A stretch of 64,000 nucleotides of DNA, taken from the NCBI GenBank assembly GCA_965223155.1, contig CBDCVR010000014.1, forward strand, positions 224,001 to 288,000, given 5' to 3'. The translations under genes were made by a program, and so were the position numbers. The DNA is from Candidatus Multivoradales bacterium. GTDB lineage: Bacteria; Acidobacteriota; Thermoanaerobaculia; Multivoradales; JAHEKO01. The notes under the pieces are model-generated. The model ran no database searches and was not told the DNA's origin. It saw only the letters and a list, made by a program, of their open reading frames with translations. The number at the start of each line of letters is the position of its first letter. Position 1 is the first letter of the stretch. Shown one piece after another: positions 9,072 through 19,026 of the stretch.

Positions 9072-10304
9072 GTGAAACTCCTTCGGCAGGCTCGCTGGAC
9101 GATCGCCCTTCCCGTTCTGCTGGCCATCGCCCTTCTGGCCATCGCTTCTCTAGACGGGCGGGCCCGGGCGATCCGAACCGGGGCGATCCTCGCCTGGACC
9201 GGTCTCACGATCGCGGGGCTCCAGATCGCCCGCCGCCGGCTGGCCGGCAACGGCAAGATCGCCTATCAAGACGACGGCGCCAAGGAGAACGAAGTCGACG
9301 AACGGGTCCTCACGAGCCTGTCGGAGGGTCTCCTGATCGTCGACTCCGAAGGCCGCCAGCGCTTCGCCAACCACCGCTGGCGAGCGCTCTTCGACGGAGA
9401 CGGAGACACCACAGTCGATGGCGTCGGCCGCCAGGCGGTTCTGGATCAAGTCCTGACCGCGACTCTCGAAACAGGCGCGCCCCAGCGCAGCCAGATGGAG
9501 CTGGCCGGACCCGGCGAGAGCAGGTACATCCTGACGGGCTCGCCGCTGCCGGACTCCGGCGGCGCCGTGGTGCTGGCAGTGGACACCAGCGCCTTCCACA
9601 GCCTGACCGAACACCGACGCGATTTCGTGGCCAACGTCTCGCACGAGCTCAAGACGCCTCTGTCGGCGATCCGCGGTTTCGCCGAGACCCTCCTGGACGG
9701 GGCCATGGAGGATCCCGAGGCCGGGAAGCCGTTCCTCCAGCGCATCGTCAAGCAATGCACCCGGCTGGACGCCCTCCTCTCGGATCTCCTCACTCTCTCG
9801 ACGCTCGAGCACGCCTCATCCCGGCGACCCAATGAGGCTGTCCGACTGGACGCCATCCTGCGCGAAGTGCTCGAGATGCTGGGCGCGCTGGCCACGGCTC
9901 GCAATATCCAGATCTCGACACGACTCGATCGGGTGTCCGAGCTCCACGGCGATCCGGTGGCCCTGGAGCGGCTCTGCGCCAACCTCTTCGAGAACGCGGT
10001 CAAGTACAACCGCGACGGCGGCCGGGTCGACGTGCGCCTCTTCGAAAAGGCCGGCGAAGTGATTCTCGAGATCTCCGATACTGGGATCGGCATTCCGGAA
10101 GCCGCCCTGGACCGGCTCTTCGAACGCTTTTACCGGGTCGACAAGGGACGCTCGCGCCGCGAAGGCGGCACCGGCCTGGGCCTCGCCATCGTCAAGCACG
10201 CGACTCAGATGCACGGCGGGCGGATCGACGTCCACAGCCAGCTCGGGCAAGGCACGACCTTTACGGTGCGCCTGCCGCTAGCGCCTGGGCCGCGCTCGAC
10301 CTAG
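9072..10304 (+). CDS. phoR: Phosphate regulon sensor histidine kinase PhoR
   Basis: DFVANVSHELKTP H-box, NAVKYN, DTGIGI, FERFYRVDKGRSR, GTGLGLAIVKH. Confidence 0.88.
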   Translation: MKLLRQARWTIALPVLLAIALLAIASLDGRARAIRTGAILAWTGLTIAGLQIARRRLAGNGKIAYQDDGAKENEVDERVLTSLSEGLLIVDSEGRQRFANHRWRALFDGDGDTTVDGVGRQAVLDQVLTATLETGAPQRSQMELAGPGESRYILTGSPLPDSGGAVVLAVDTSAFHSLTEHRRDFVANVSHELKTPLSAIRGFAETLLDGAMEDPEAGKPFLQRIVKQCTRLDALLSDLLTLSTLEHASSRRPNEAVRLDAILREVLEMLGALATARNIQISTRLDRVSELHGDPVALERLCANLFENAVKYNRDGGRVDVRLFEKAGEVILEISDTGIGIPEAALDRLFERFYRVDKGRSRREGGTGLGLAIVKHATQMHGGRIDVHSQLGQGTTFTVRLPLAPGPRST

Positions 10305-10345
10305 CGGCCCAGCCTTGCAGAGGTCCGGCCGGGCCCGTCGCACGA

Positions 10346-10363
10346 CTGTTACATCCGCGTCAC
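10346..10363 (+). promoter_or_regulatory. Putative Pho box upstream of the porin
   Basis: CTGTTAC-atcc-GCGTCAC: two CTGTCAY-like half-sites 11 bp apart. Confidence 0.55.
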
Positions 10364-10457
10364 CGGCACGCACGATCCCGTCCCTAGGGTCCTGTCCGAG
10401 ACGGACGGCCCAGGCCGGCCGACCCTGCCGTTCAAGAACACTGAAGGAGCTCCTGCC

Positions 10458-11612
10458 GTGATCAGAAACTTCACCTGGCCTGCCCTTGTCCTCTTGCTGG
10501 TCCTTGCAGCACCGGCGAACGCCGGCGTCAAGGTCTACGAGGACGGCGACAAGTTCGTCGAGATCGGTGGCCGCATCCAGCTTCAGTACACGCGCTCGGA
10601 CCCGGATTCTGGGGAGTCCGAAGACGAGTGGTTCTTCCGCCGCCTGCGGCCTTACATCTCGGGCAGCGTTACCAAGAACTGGGTCGGCAAGTTCCAGTTC
10701 GATCTGGGCAAATCGAGCAATGACAACGAGGTCGCGGTCAAGGACGCCTACATGGCCTACAAGGGCTGGGGCAACAAGACCTTCTACATCGGCAACGTCA
10801 AGTCGGTCTTCTCCCGCGAATTCCTGACCTCGTCCAAGCGCCAGCAGATGATCGAGCGCAGCTTCGTCGGCGACCACAACTATGGCGCTCCCGACCGCCA
10901 GCTCGGCTTTCGGCTGGACGGCGCCAACGACACGGGCAAGGTCGAATGGAAGGTCAACCTCGGCAACGAGGCGATCGATCCCGACGCCAAGAAGCTGGAC
11001 TTCGACTCGCCGGCCAATCGCAACAGCGATTTCAACGACGGCACGGTTCTCGCCGCCCGGGTCGACTTCCACCCCCGGGGCAAGATGAAATTCGACCAGG
11101 GCGATTTCAACACCTCGGGATCCAAGTTCACCGTCGGTCTGGGAGCCTTCTCGTGGTCGAACGACGACGACAACAACACCTATACCGCGGCCGGGCTATC
11201 GACCTCGTCGTCCAGGGTGGACATCGACAGCGCTGAAGGCCTCGAGCTCTCAGCCGGATTTCGCGGCAACGGCCTTTCGGTCGACGCCCAATACAACTCG
11301 ATCTCGGCCGACACCGTGGATCCGAGCTTTACCGGCGGCCTCTACCGGCGCGGCACGACCGACATCGACGCCTACGCCCTCGAGGCCGGATACATGCTGC
11401 CCACGAACAAGGTAGAGCTCGTCCTGGGCGCCGAATCGCTAGACGCCGACAACTACGGCGCCGCCTGGGAACGCAAGTCGCTGGGAGCCAACTTCTTTCT
11501 CAACAAGCACAAGGCCAAGATCCAACTCACTTACCGCATGGGCGAGAACCTCAACGGCTCCCGCGGCGCCGACGAGGACGAGGCGTTCCTGCAGTTCCAA
11601 TTCGTCTTCTAG
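10458..11612 (+). CDS. Phosphate-selective porin (OprO/OprP family)
   Basis: Signal peptide, GGRIQLQY, FRRLR, beta-barrel pattern, C-terminal Phe; located in the pho/pst locus. Confidence 0.8.
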   Translation: MIRNFTWPALVLLLVLAAPANAGVKVYEDGDKFVEIGGRIQLQYTRSDPDSGESEDEWFFRRLRPYISGSVTKNWVGKFQFDLGKSSNDNEVAVKDAYMAYKGWGNKTFYIGNVKSVFSREFLTSSKRQQMIERSFVGDHNYGAPDRQLGFRLDGANDTGKVEWKVNLGNEAIDPDAKKLDFDSPANRNSDFNDGTVLAARVDFHPRGKMKFDQGDFNTSGSKFTVGLGAFSWSNDDDNNTYTAAGLSTSSSRVDIDSAEGLELSAGFRGNGLSVDAQYNSISADTVDPSFTGGLYRRGTTDIDAYALEAGYMLPTNKVELVLGAESLDADNYGAAWERKSLGANFFLNKHKAKIQLTYRMGENLNGSRGADEDEAFLQFQFVF

Positions 11613-11642
11613 CACTGGCCATCCAGAGCCCGCCCCCACCGT

Positions 11643-11682
11643 CTGTCACAGGCTCAACGGACGTCCGACACACAATCGTCAC
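11643..11682 (+). promoter_or_regulatory. Putative Pho box array upstream of pstS
   Basis: CTGTCAC (11643), CCGACAC (11665) and TCGTCAC (11676) lie in an 11-bp register. Confidence 0.55.
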
Positions 11683-11769
11683 ATCGACCGGCTAGCTTCG
11701 CCAGGCTACCAAGAGCCCACGCGCCCACTGGGCAGCTTCGGGAACGGGCCGAACAACAAGGAGACCGCA

Positions 11770-12684
11770 ATGCAACGTAGTTTCGGAATCTTCCCGGGCC
11801 GAACTTCCCCGGGCCGAATTTCCCTCCTGGCCGCCATCGCCCTGGTGGCTCTGGCGTGCGGCGGCGGCGATCGCCAAAACCGCACCGTCCTCCAGAATAA
11901 GGGCTCCGACACCCTGGTCAACGTCGCCCAGGCCTGGGCCGAGGCTTATCGCGAGGTCAATCCCAACATCGCCGTCGCCGTAACCGGCGGCGGCTCGGGC
12001 ACGGGCATCTCGGCGATGATCAACGGCACCGTCGACATCGCCAACTCCAGCCGCAAGATGAAGGATCGGGAGCTGGACCTGGCCCGCGACAACGGCATCG
12101 AGCCGATCGAGCACACGGTCGGGTTCGATGCCTTGGCCGTGTACGTCCACCCCGACAATCCGGTCGCCGGGTTCGATCTGGCCACGCTCGCCGCGATCTA
12201 CGGCGAGGGCGGCGAGCTCGACAGTTGGAGCCAGCTGGGCGTCGAAGTCCCGGGCTGTTCGAGCGACGAGATCATCCGCATCAGCCGGCAGAACAACTCC
12301 GGAACCTACGTCTACTTCAAGGATACGGTCCTGGGCAAGACCGGTGAGTACAAGCTAGGGTCCCGCGACATGCACGGCTCGAAGGACGTTGTGGATCTCG
12401 TGCAGAACACACCCTGCGCCATCGGCTACAGCGGCCTGGCCTACGCCACCGAGTCGGTCAAGATGCCTTGCGTCTCGTCCGAGCCCGAGGGCGAGTGCGT
12501 GACCCCGACGGTCGAAACCGCGATCGAAGGGAGCTATCCGATCGCCCGCCCGCTGTTCATGTACACGGCCGGCAGCCCCGAAGGCGCCGTCAAGGAGTAC
12601 CTCGATTGGGTCTACTCGGAAGCCGGCCAGTGCATCATCCTGGCCAAGGGCTACGCGCCGGCGCGTGCTGTAAGCTGCGAATAG
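11770..12684 (+). CDS. pstS: Phosphate ABC transporter substrate-binding lipoprotein
   Basis: LAC lipobox, KGSDT, GGGSGTG, SRQNNSGT, AIGY, YPIARPL. Confidence 0.92.
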   Translation: MQRSFGIFPGRTSPGRISLLAAIALVALACGGGDRQNRTVLQNKGSDTLVNVAQAWAEAYREVNPNIAVAVTGGGSGTGISAMINGTVDIANSSRKMKDRELDLARDNGIEPIEHTVGFDALAVYVHPDNPVAGFDLATLAAIYGEGGELDSWSQLGVEVPGCSSDEIIRISRQNNSGTYVYFKDTVLGKTGEYKLGSRDMHGSKDVVDLVQNTPCAIGYSGLAYATESVKMPCVSSEPEGECVTPTVETAIEGSYPIARPLFMYTAGSPEGAVKEYLDWVYSEAGQCIILAKGYAPARAVSCE

Positions 12685-12772
12685 ACCCCGAAGGAGTCGG
12701 CCCGGTGAGCCCGTGCGACGCGGGCCCCGCCACGGGTCCGCACGCCATCGTCCGGGGCCGGGAGGCCAAACC

Positions 12773-13864
12773 ATGAGTCACTACGAAGAGCGCCTTCAAG
12801 CAGACCTGGCCAAGATCCGAGGGCGGGTCGATGAAATCGGCAAGCGCGTTCAGGAGGCCATCGCGAGGGCCGTCGACGCCTTCGTCACCGACGATCGCAA
12901 TCTCGCCGGCGACGTGATCTTGGGCGACCGGCCGGTGAACCGCGATGTCCGCGACCTCGACCGCCTGTGCCACGCCTTCGTCGTCCGGCACCTGCCCAGC
13001 GCCGGACACCTGCGTTTCGTCTCCTCGGTACTGCGGCTCAACGTCGAGCTTGAGCGAATCGGCGACTATGCGGTGACCGTCGGGCGGGAAACCGTGCAGA
13101 TCTCGACGGCGCCGCCGCGATCGGTCATTCAGGACATCGAGCTCCTGGCCGGACAGTCCGTCGAGGCGCTGGGCCAGGCGCTCGAGGCCTTCCGTCAGGG
13201 CAACGCCGAACTCGCCCGCGGCACCTGGACCATGGCGGACCAGACCCGCGGCACCTTCCAGAAGGCGTTCAACGATCTCCTCCACGAAGGCAAGAAGGAG
13301 TCCAGGCCGATCAAGGACCTGCTGGCGTTTCTGGTGGTCCTGACCAGCATCGGGCGGGTCGCGGACCAAGCCAAGAACATCTGCGAACAGACCGTGTTCG
13401 CGGTTACCGGCGAGGTCAAGAGCGAGCGTGTGTACCGAATCCTCTTCGTGGACCGCGAGAACGCTTGCCTGAGCCAGATGGCCGCCGCCTTCGCCCGCAA
13501 GGCGTTTCCCGAGAGCGGCGAGTACGACAGCGCCGGCTGGGAGCCGGCGGAAGCGCTGGACGTCCAGTGCCGGCAATTCCTGGATCGCAGCGGCTTCGAC
13601 GTCGCGTCGGCCCAGATCTCGGCGGTGCCCACCCTGACCGAGCAACTGTCCCAGTACCACCTGGTCGTCGGTCTCGAGCCGGGCGTTCGCAAGCATCTGC
13701 CGGCGACGCCGTTCCGCACGGTGGTCTTGGAATGGGACATCGATTCGATCCCTCCGGATCTGGACGCGGAGCGCACGCAAGCGATGCTGGAGGCCTCGTT
13801 CAAGGACCTGGCGGGGCGCATCCGCGCCCTGATGGACACGCTCCGTGGGGACGAGGCCGATTAG
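12773..13864 (+). CDS. phoU: PhoU fused to a C-terminal LMW-PTP/ArsC-like domain
   Basis: PhoU repeats (ELERIGDYA, RVADQAKNICE), then RILFVDRENACLSQMAAAFA...SAG.EP. Confidence 0.85.
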   Translation: MSHYEERLQADLAKIRGRVDEIGKRVQEAIARAVDAFVTDDRNLAGDVILGDRPVNRDVRDLDRLCHAFVVRHLPSAGHLRFVSSVLRLNVELERIGDYAVTVGRETVQISTAPPRSVIQDIELLAGQSVEALGQALEAFRQGNAELARGTWTMADQTRGTFQKAFNDLLHEGKKESRPIKDLLAFLVVLTSIGRVADQAKNICEQTVFAVTGEVKSERVYRILFVDRENACLSQMAAAFARKAFPESGEYDSAGWEPAEALDVQCRQFLDRSGFDVASAQISAVPTLTEQLSQYHLVVGLEPGVRKHLPATPFRTVVLEWDIDSIPPDLDAERTQAMLEASFKDLAGRIRALMDTLRGDEAD

Positions 13865-13899
13865 TGGAGGCAGTGGAGGCAGTGGAGGCAGTGGAGGCC
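13864..13899 (+). repeat. 9-bp tandem repeat GTGGAGGCA x4
   Basis: Read directly; encodes VEAVEAVEAVEA. Confidence 0.9.
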
Positions 13900-14820
13900 G
13901 TCGGCGACCGCCGGGCGCGACGCCATCTCGCCGACCGGCGTGATCGGCATTGGTACGTAGACAAGCTGGTCCAAGCGCTGGTCTTTGTTGGCGGCATCTC
14001 CGGCATCGTCTTCGTCATCGGCATCTTCGTCTTCATCACCAAGGAGGGCCTGGGCTTCGTGACCCAGGCGTTCGACGTGGCCGAGTTCTTCGGCTCGCCC
14101 AAGTGGCGCCCAACCTCGGAGGCCAACCCGACCTACGGCGCTCTCGCGCTCATCGCGGGCACGGCCAGCGTCACCGGCCTGGCGATGCTGGTGTCGGTGC
14201 CGTTCTCACTGGGCGCAGCGATCTACATCGGCGAGTTCGCCCGCGGCAAGACACGCGAGGCGCTCAAGATCCTGATCGAGCTGCTGGCGGCGATCCCGTC
14301 CGTGGTCTGGGGCTTCATCGGCTTGAGCATCATGAATCCCCTCATCATCAAGACCTTCGACGTGCCGATCGGCTTGAACGTCCTCAACTCGGGACTCATC
14401 CTGGGCCTCATGGCCGCGCCGATCATGACCACGATCGCCGAGGACGCGCTCAAGGCGGTGCCGGACGCCTACCGCGAAGCGGCCGAAGCCCTGGGTGCGA
14501 CCCGCTGGCAGGTCGTGTACAAGGTGGTGTTGCCGGCGGCCAAGAATGGGCTGGCCGCAGCCATTCTGCTGGGAGTCGGCCGGGGCTTCGGCGAGACCAT
14601 GGCCGTGCTCATGGCCAGCGGCCACTCGATCAACCTGCCCACGAGCGTCTTCGATTCGGTACGGGCGCTGACCGCGACCATCGCCGCCGAGCTGGGCGAG
14701 ACCGCGGTCGGCTCAGAGCACTACCAGGCGCTGTTCACCCTCGGCATCTTCCTGTTCGCCGTCACCTTCGCCATCAACCTGACCGCCGATCTCGTGGTCC
14801 GCGGCATTCGCAAGAAGTAG
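13864..14820 (+). CDS. pstC: Phosphate ABC transporter permease PstC
   Basis: ELLAAIPSVVWG, EAAEALGATRWQ, GRGFGETMAV. GTG start overlaps the phoU stop; exact start uncertain within a 9-bp repeat. Confidence 0.9.
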   Translation: MEAVEAVEAVEAVGDRRARRHLADRRDRHWYVDKLVQALVFVGGISGIVFVIGIFVFITKEGLGFVTQAFDVAEFFGSPKWRPTSEANPTYGALALIAGTASVTGLAMLVSVPFSLGAAIYIGEFARGKTREALKILIELLAAIPSVVWGFIGLSIMNPLIIKTFDVPIGLNVLNSGLILGLMAAPIMTTIAEDALKAVPDAYREAAEALGATRWQVVYKVVLPAAKNGLAAAILLGVGRGFGETMAVLMASGHSINLPTSVFDSVRALTATIAAELGETAVGSEHYQALFTLGIFLFAVTFAINLTADLVVRGIRKK

Positions 14821-14822
14821 TC

Positions 14823-15692
14823 GTGTTCGCGGCCACCGAGCTCAACCGCAAGAACCAGCGCACCGAGCGGCTGGTCAGGCTCCTGTTTCTCTGGATGGCG
14901 GTCATGCTGATCGTCCCGGTGGTGCTCATCCTGGGGATCCTCGTCCACGAGGGTGGCGAGGTCGTTTCCATCGATTTCCTCCTGACCGAGCCTAAGAACG
15001 GCATGACGGCGGGAGGCATCTTCCCGGCGCTCATCGGAACGGTCTGGCTGGTGGCGGTGGCGCTCCTGGCTTCCGTCCCGATCGGCGTGGCCGCGGCTCT
15101 CTATCTCAGCGAATACGCTCCGGACAACTGGCTCACGCGCGCCATCAACCTGGCCATCATCAATCTTGCCGGCGTGCCTTCGATCGTCCACGCCCTTTTC
15201 GGCGTGGGTGCTTTCGTCCTTTTCTTCGGCTTTGGCACCAGCATCCTGGCGGCCAGCCTGACGCTGGCGGTGATGACTCTGCCGGTGGTCATCGTCTCGA
15301 CCCGGGAGGCGCTCCAGGCTGTGCCTCAGGAGTTTCGCGAAGCCTGCTGGAACATGGGCGCAACCCGCTGGCAGACGATCCGGCGCGTGGTGCTCCCCAA
15401 CTCCATCAGCGGCATCCTGACCGGCGTCATCCTCGAGGTCTCGCGCACCGCCGGCGAGACCGCACCGATCATGTTCACCGGCGCGGCCTTCTTCCTGCCC
15501 TTCCTGCCCCAGAGCGTCTTCGACCAGACGATGGCGATGTCCCTGCACCTGTTCGTGGTCTCGACCCAAGTGCCGGGAGTGCCCGAAGCCCTGCCCTTCG
15601 GAGTCGCCCTGGTTTTGATCTCGATCGTCCTGGTCATGAACGCCATCTCCATCGCCTTCCGCATGATCCTGAGGAGCCGCAAGAAGTGGTAG
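14823..15692 (+). CDS. pstA: Phosphate ABC transporter permease PstA
   Basis: GGIFPAL, NLAGVPSIV, GATRWQTI, RTAGETAP; GTG start 14823. Confidence 0.9.
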   Translation: MFAATELNRKNQRTERLVRLLFLWMAVMLIVPVVLILGILVHEGGEVVSIDFLLTEPKNGMTAGGIFPALIGTVWLVAVALLASVPIGVAAALYLSEYAPDNWLTRAINLAIINLAGVPSIVHALFGVGAFVLFFGFGTSILAASLTLAVMTLPVVIVSTREALQAVPQEFREACWNMGATRWQTIRRVVLPNSISGILTGVILEVSRTAGETAPIMFTGAAFFLPFLPQSVFDQTMAMSLHLFVVSTQVPGVPEALPFGVALVLISIVLVMNAISIAFRMILRSRKKW

Positions 15693-16480
15693 CCGCGGAC
15701 GAAATCCGGCAGTCGGCTCCAGCCCGGGAGCCCATGCTGGAGGTCAAGGACCTGTCCATCTACTACGGCGACAAGCGGGTGCTCGACCGCGCTTCGTTCG
15801 AGGTGTACGAGCACGAGATCTTCGGCATCATCGGCCCCGCCAACAGCGGCAAGACCTCCTTCCTGCGAGCCCTCAACCGCATGGAGCTCTTCACGCCGCG
15901 AATGCGCATCGAGGGGACCATCCGGCTCGACGGACGCGACATCACGAGCTGGAGAAACGTCTACGCCTACCGGCGCCAGATCGGAGTGGTCTTTCCGCTG
16001 CCGGTTGGCCTCCCTCTGTCGGTCTACGACAACGTCGCCCTGGCTCCACGCCTGGCCGGCATCAAGAAACGGGCCGAGCTCGACGTCATCGTCGAGCGCT
16101 GCCTGACCCGGGCGGCTCTCTGGGACGAAGTCAAAGACCGGCTAGACGCCCTCGGCAGCCTGTTGTCCGGCGGCCAGCAGCAGCGCTTGACCATCGCGCG
16201 GGCTCTGTCCCAAGACCCGGATCTGTTGCTGCTGGATGAGTTCTCGATCGCGGTCGACCCGGTGACCACGATGCGTATCGAAGAGGTCCTGAAGGAGCTC
16301 CGTGACGAGATCACCATCGTCCTGGTCACCAATCTGGTCCAGCAAACCCGGCGGTTGGCAGACCGCACGGCCTTCTTCCTATCCGGGGACCTGGTCGAGG
16401 TCGGCGAGACCGCCGCCCTCTTCGAAGGCAAGGTGCGGGACCAGCGCACCAGCGACTACCTGGAGGGCAAGTTTGGCTGA
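15686..16480 (+). CDS. pstB: Phosphate ABC transporter ATP-binding protein (divergent copy)
   Basis: GPANSGKT Walker A, LSGGQQQR, LLLDE; ends YLEGKFG. Confidence 0.85.
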   Translation: MVAADEIRQSAPAREPMLEVKDLSIYYGDKRVLDRASFEVYEHEIFGIIGPANSGKTSFLRALNRMELFTPRMRIEGTIRLDGRDITSWRNVYAYRRQIGVVFPLPVGLPLSVYDNVALAPRLAGIKKRAELDVIVERCLTRAALWDEVKDRLDALGSLLSGGQQQRLTIARALSQDPDLLLLDEFSIAVDPVTTMRIEEVLKELRDEITIVLVTNLVQQTRRLADRTAFFLSGDLVEVGETAALFEGKVRDQRTSDYLEGKFG

Positions 16481-17279
16481 CGCCCTCCAGACCGCCGCCG
16501 CCGAGACGGATTCCGTGCCCGCCATCCGCACCGAGGAGCTGAACCTCTGGTACGGCACGTTCCAGGCGCTGTTCGATCTCGACCTCGAGATCAAGCAGGG
16601 CCTCATCACCTCCCTCATCGGTCCCTCCGGCTGCGGCAAGTCCACCTTCCTGCGCAGCGTCAACCGCATCACCGAGCGACTCGGCTACGTGCGTACGACC
16701 GGCCGTATCGAGGTGCTGGGGCACGACATCGTCGGTGCCGACGCTGAGCTGGTCCAGGTTCGCAAGGAGGTAGGCATGGTCTTTCAAAGACCCAATCCCC
16801 TGCCCCTTTCGATCCGCGACAACGTGCTCTTCGGGTACCGCCTGCACGAGCCGGCGGCCCGGCGCTTGTCGGCCAGGCAAGCCGACGAGATCGTCGAGAA
16901 GGCCCTGCGCGAGGTGCTGCTCTGGGACGAGGTCAAGGACCGGCTGGGCCGCAACGCCATCGAACTGTCTCTCGAAGCCCAGCAGAAGCTCTGCATCGCC
17001 CGGCTGCTGCCGGTCAAGCCCGAGGTGCTGCTGATGGACGAGCCCTGCTCCGCTCTCGATCCCGCCGGCACCGAAGCGGTCGAGGAGCTCCTCTGGCGCC
17101 TGGCCGGCAAGTACACCATCCTGATCGTGACCCACAACATGGCTCAGGCTCGGAGAGCCAGCCACGAGTGTATCTTCATGCTCCTGGGCCGGGTCATCGA
17201 GCACGGCCTGACCGAAGACGTCTTTCTGGCGCCGGAAAGTCAGAAGACCGCGGACTACATCGAAGGCCGGTACGGCTAG
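16473..17279 (+). CDS. pstB: Phosphate ABC transporter ATP-binding protein (second copy)
   Basis: GPSGCGKS, MVFQRPNP, DEPCSALDP, VTHNM; ends YIEGRYG. TTG 16473 with GGAGG upstream. Confidence 0.88.
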   Translation: MADALQTAAAETDSVPAIRTEELNLWYGTFQALFDLDLEIKQGLITSLIGPSGCGKSTFLRSVNRITERLGYVRTTGRIEVLGHDIVGADAELVQVRKEVGMVFQRPNPLPLSIRDNVLFGYRLHEPAARRLSARQADEIVEKALREVLLWDEVKDRLGRNAIELSLEAQQKLCIARLLPVKPEVLLMDEPCSALDPAGTEAVEELLWRLAGKYTILIVTHNMAQARRASHECIFMLLGRVIEHGLTEDVFLAPESQKTADYIEGRYG

Positions 17280-17995
17280 CCGGCTTTTCTCACGGCCGTT
17301 GCCAGCTCGCGTCGCCGCGCCACGACGAATGGCAGATACCAGGCCGCGAAGAACAGCCAGGCGACGCCCAAGCCGATCACCAGATACCAGGGCCAGGGAC
17401 CCAGATAGTCCAGGAGCGACGCTCCGGCGGGCTTCCTGACCAGGTACATGTGATTCGTGCCCAGGAGAAGATTCAGCGGCAAGAGCAGCGCCGCGTAGCC
17501 GGCGGTGGCCAGCCAGGCCTTGCCGACCGAGCCCCACCGGGGCCGGAAACCGAAGACAAAGGTCGCGTAGAGCACCGCCAGGATCAGGGCGGCGTGCCCA
17601 AGGATGAAGTTCAGAAACTCGGGATGAGGGAACCCGAAGCGGATGTCCGGCGTGAGCAGCGCCTGAAGCGTACCCGCCATGCACCAAAAGTACGCCACCT
17701 CGTAGACGGCGTAGCTCCGCCGCCAGAGCATCCAGCCGCAGAGGTAGTACAGGAGGCCGCAGAGATGAAACGGCAGGACTTCGAGCAGCGGGCGCCCGGC
17801 GACGAGCCATTGGTGGACCATCCAGACGGTTCGATAGGCGACCAGGGCCACCGCCAGGACGAGCGCGCTTCGACGGGCGGCCGCCGGCGACTGGGACCGC
17901 GCCGCCCAGGCAAGTCCGATGCAGGCAGCCAGGGCAACCGCCACCGTCCCCAGGTGCCCCGATCCAAAGAGGACAAAGGGAGGGTGCTGGGGCAT
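17276..17995 (-). CDS. YwaF/TIGR02206-family membrane protein
   Basis: LPFHLC, ALLTPD, GTNHMYL.RKP..SLLDYLGPWPWY. Start MPQHPP. Confidence 0.82.
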   Translation of the reverse strand: MPQHPPFVLFGSGHLGTVAVALAACIGLAWAARSQSPAAARRSALVLAVALVAYRTVWMVHQWLVAGRPLLEVLPFHLCGLLYYLCGWMLWRRSYAVYEVAYFWCMAGTLQALLTPDIRFGFPHPEFLNFILGHAALILAVLYATFVFGFRPRWGSVGKAWLATAGYAALLLPLNLLLGTNHMYLVRKPAGASLLDYLGPWPWYLVIGLGVAWLFFAAWYLPFVVARRRELATAVRKAG

Positions 17996-18006
17996 TTCCG
18001 GATCGC

Positions 18007-18534
18007 CTAGTCGAGCACGACCGAGGCCGCGGGATCCCGTTCGTAGATCGTCTCGGGACGCGTCTCCCAGATCCCGTCCCGCAGCATCCGCGTTCGCACC
18101 CGCAGACGGCCGTCGGCGAGGACCTCCTGGGTCGCCTCGACCTCGGTAACGCCGCCGGCGTGTCCCTGCACCGCTTCCCGGCTGGTCAACTTGCCGTTGT
18201 CGAACTCCATGGTGCCCTCGGTGAAAAATCCCGCGTTGGTGAAGTAGTAGTACACCAGACTCTCGCGCGCCGGGCTCCACACCACGAAGGTCTCGCCGCC
18301 ATAGGCTCCATCGCCAACCGAATGCCGGATGCGGACGGCGTGGCCGGAGAGCGTCCAGTCCCAGCGGGCGACGTCGTAGGTCCCCTTTTCGGGATCCACG
18401 AGGGCCTTCCAGGTCGCGCCGACGAACGGCTCGAAACCGTCCAGGGACGAATGGGGCTCGGCGGCGAGCACGGTGCCCGCGCCACCCGCGCTCAGGAGCA
18501 GAGCCGCGGCGAGAGTCCCCAGGACACGACGCAT
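18007..18534 (-). CDS. Exported hypothetical protein
   Basis: Signal peptide followed by a beta-rich body; protein-like composition. Confidence 0.7.
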   Translation of the reverse strand: MRRVLGTLAAALLLSAGGAGTVLAAEPHSSLDGFEPFVGATWKALVDPEKGTYDVARWDWTLSGHAVRIRHSVGDGAYGGETFVVWSPARESLVYYYFTNAGFFTEGTMEFDNGKLTSREAVQGHAGGVTEVEATQEVLADGRLRVRTRMLRDGIWETRPETIYERDPAASVVLD

Positions 18535-18641
18535 GGCTGCATTCTAGCCGTCCGGCCCCATGCCCTCGCCAGGCTCCCTGCGCCAGCGCTCCGCGGACCC
18601 GGCCCGTAGGTTGCCGGCAAACCACCCGAGGACTCCGACCG

Positions 18642-18666
18642 TATGATGAAATGAACGGCCGTTGAT
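18642..18666 (+). promoter_or_regulatory. -10 element plus inverted-repeat operator for ArsR
   Basis: TATGAT at 18642-18647, then near-perfect palindrome ATGAACGGCCGTTGAT (18651-18666) abutting the arsR ATG. Confidence 0.55.
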
Positions 18667-19026
18667 ATGAACGCGCAGTCATCCAAGAACGCTTCCCCTT
18701 CCGGCCCTTCCGGCCCTTCCGGCCCTTCCGGCCCGTCCTGCGCCTCCCGGCTCAAGGTTCTCTCGGACCCGACGCGGCTCAAGGTGGTTCAGACGCTCCT
18801 GGAGGAGACCCTGCACGTCGGCGAGCTCCAGCAACGCCTCGAGATCGAGCAGAGCCTCCTCTCCCACCACTTGCGGGTCTTGCGCGAGGCGGGTCTCGTC
18901 CACGCCGAGCGCGACGGCAAGGCGGTCCTCTACCGGGTCGCGCCTGAAGCCGTGGTCGAGTCCCGGGGCGCCGCGATCGACCTGGGTTGTTGCGTCTTGT
19001 CCTTCGACGAGGAGGCAGGCTCGTGA
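18667..19026 (+). CDS. ArsR/SmtB-family transcriptional repressor
   Basis: LSDPTRL, QSLLSHHLRVLREAGLV; Cys in SCASRLK and C-terminal GCC. Confidence 0.9.
   Translation: MNAQSSKNASPSGPSGPSGPSGPSCASRLKVLSDPTRLKVVQTLLEETLHVGELQQRLEIEQSLLSHHLRVLREAGLVHAERDGKAVLYRVAPEAVVESRGAAIDLGCCVLSFDEEAGS
18696..18731 (+). repeat. 9-bp tandem repeat CCCTTCCGG x4
   Basis: Read directly; encodes PSGPSGPSGPS in ArsR. Confidence 0.9.
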
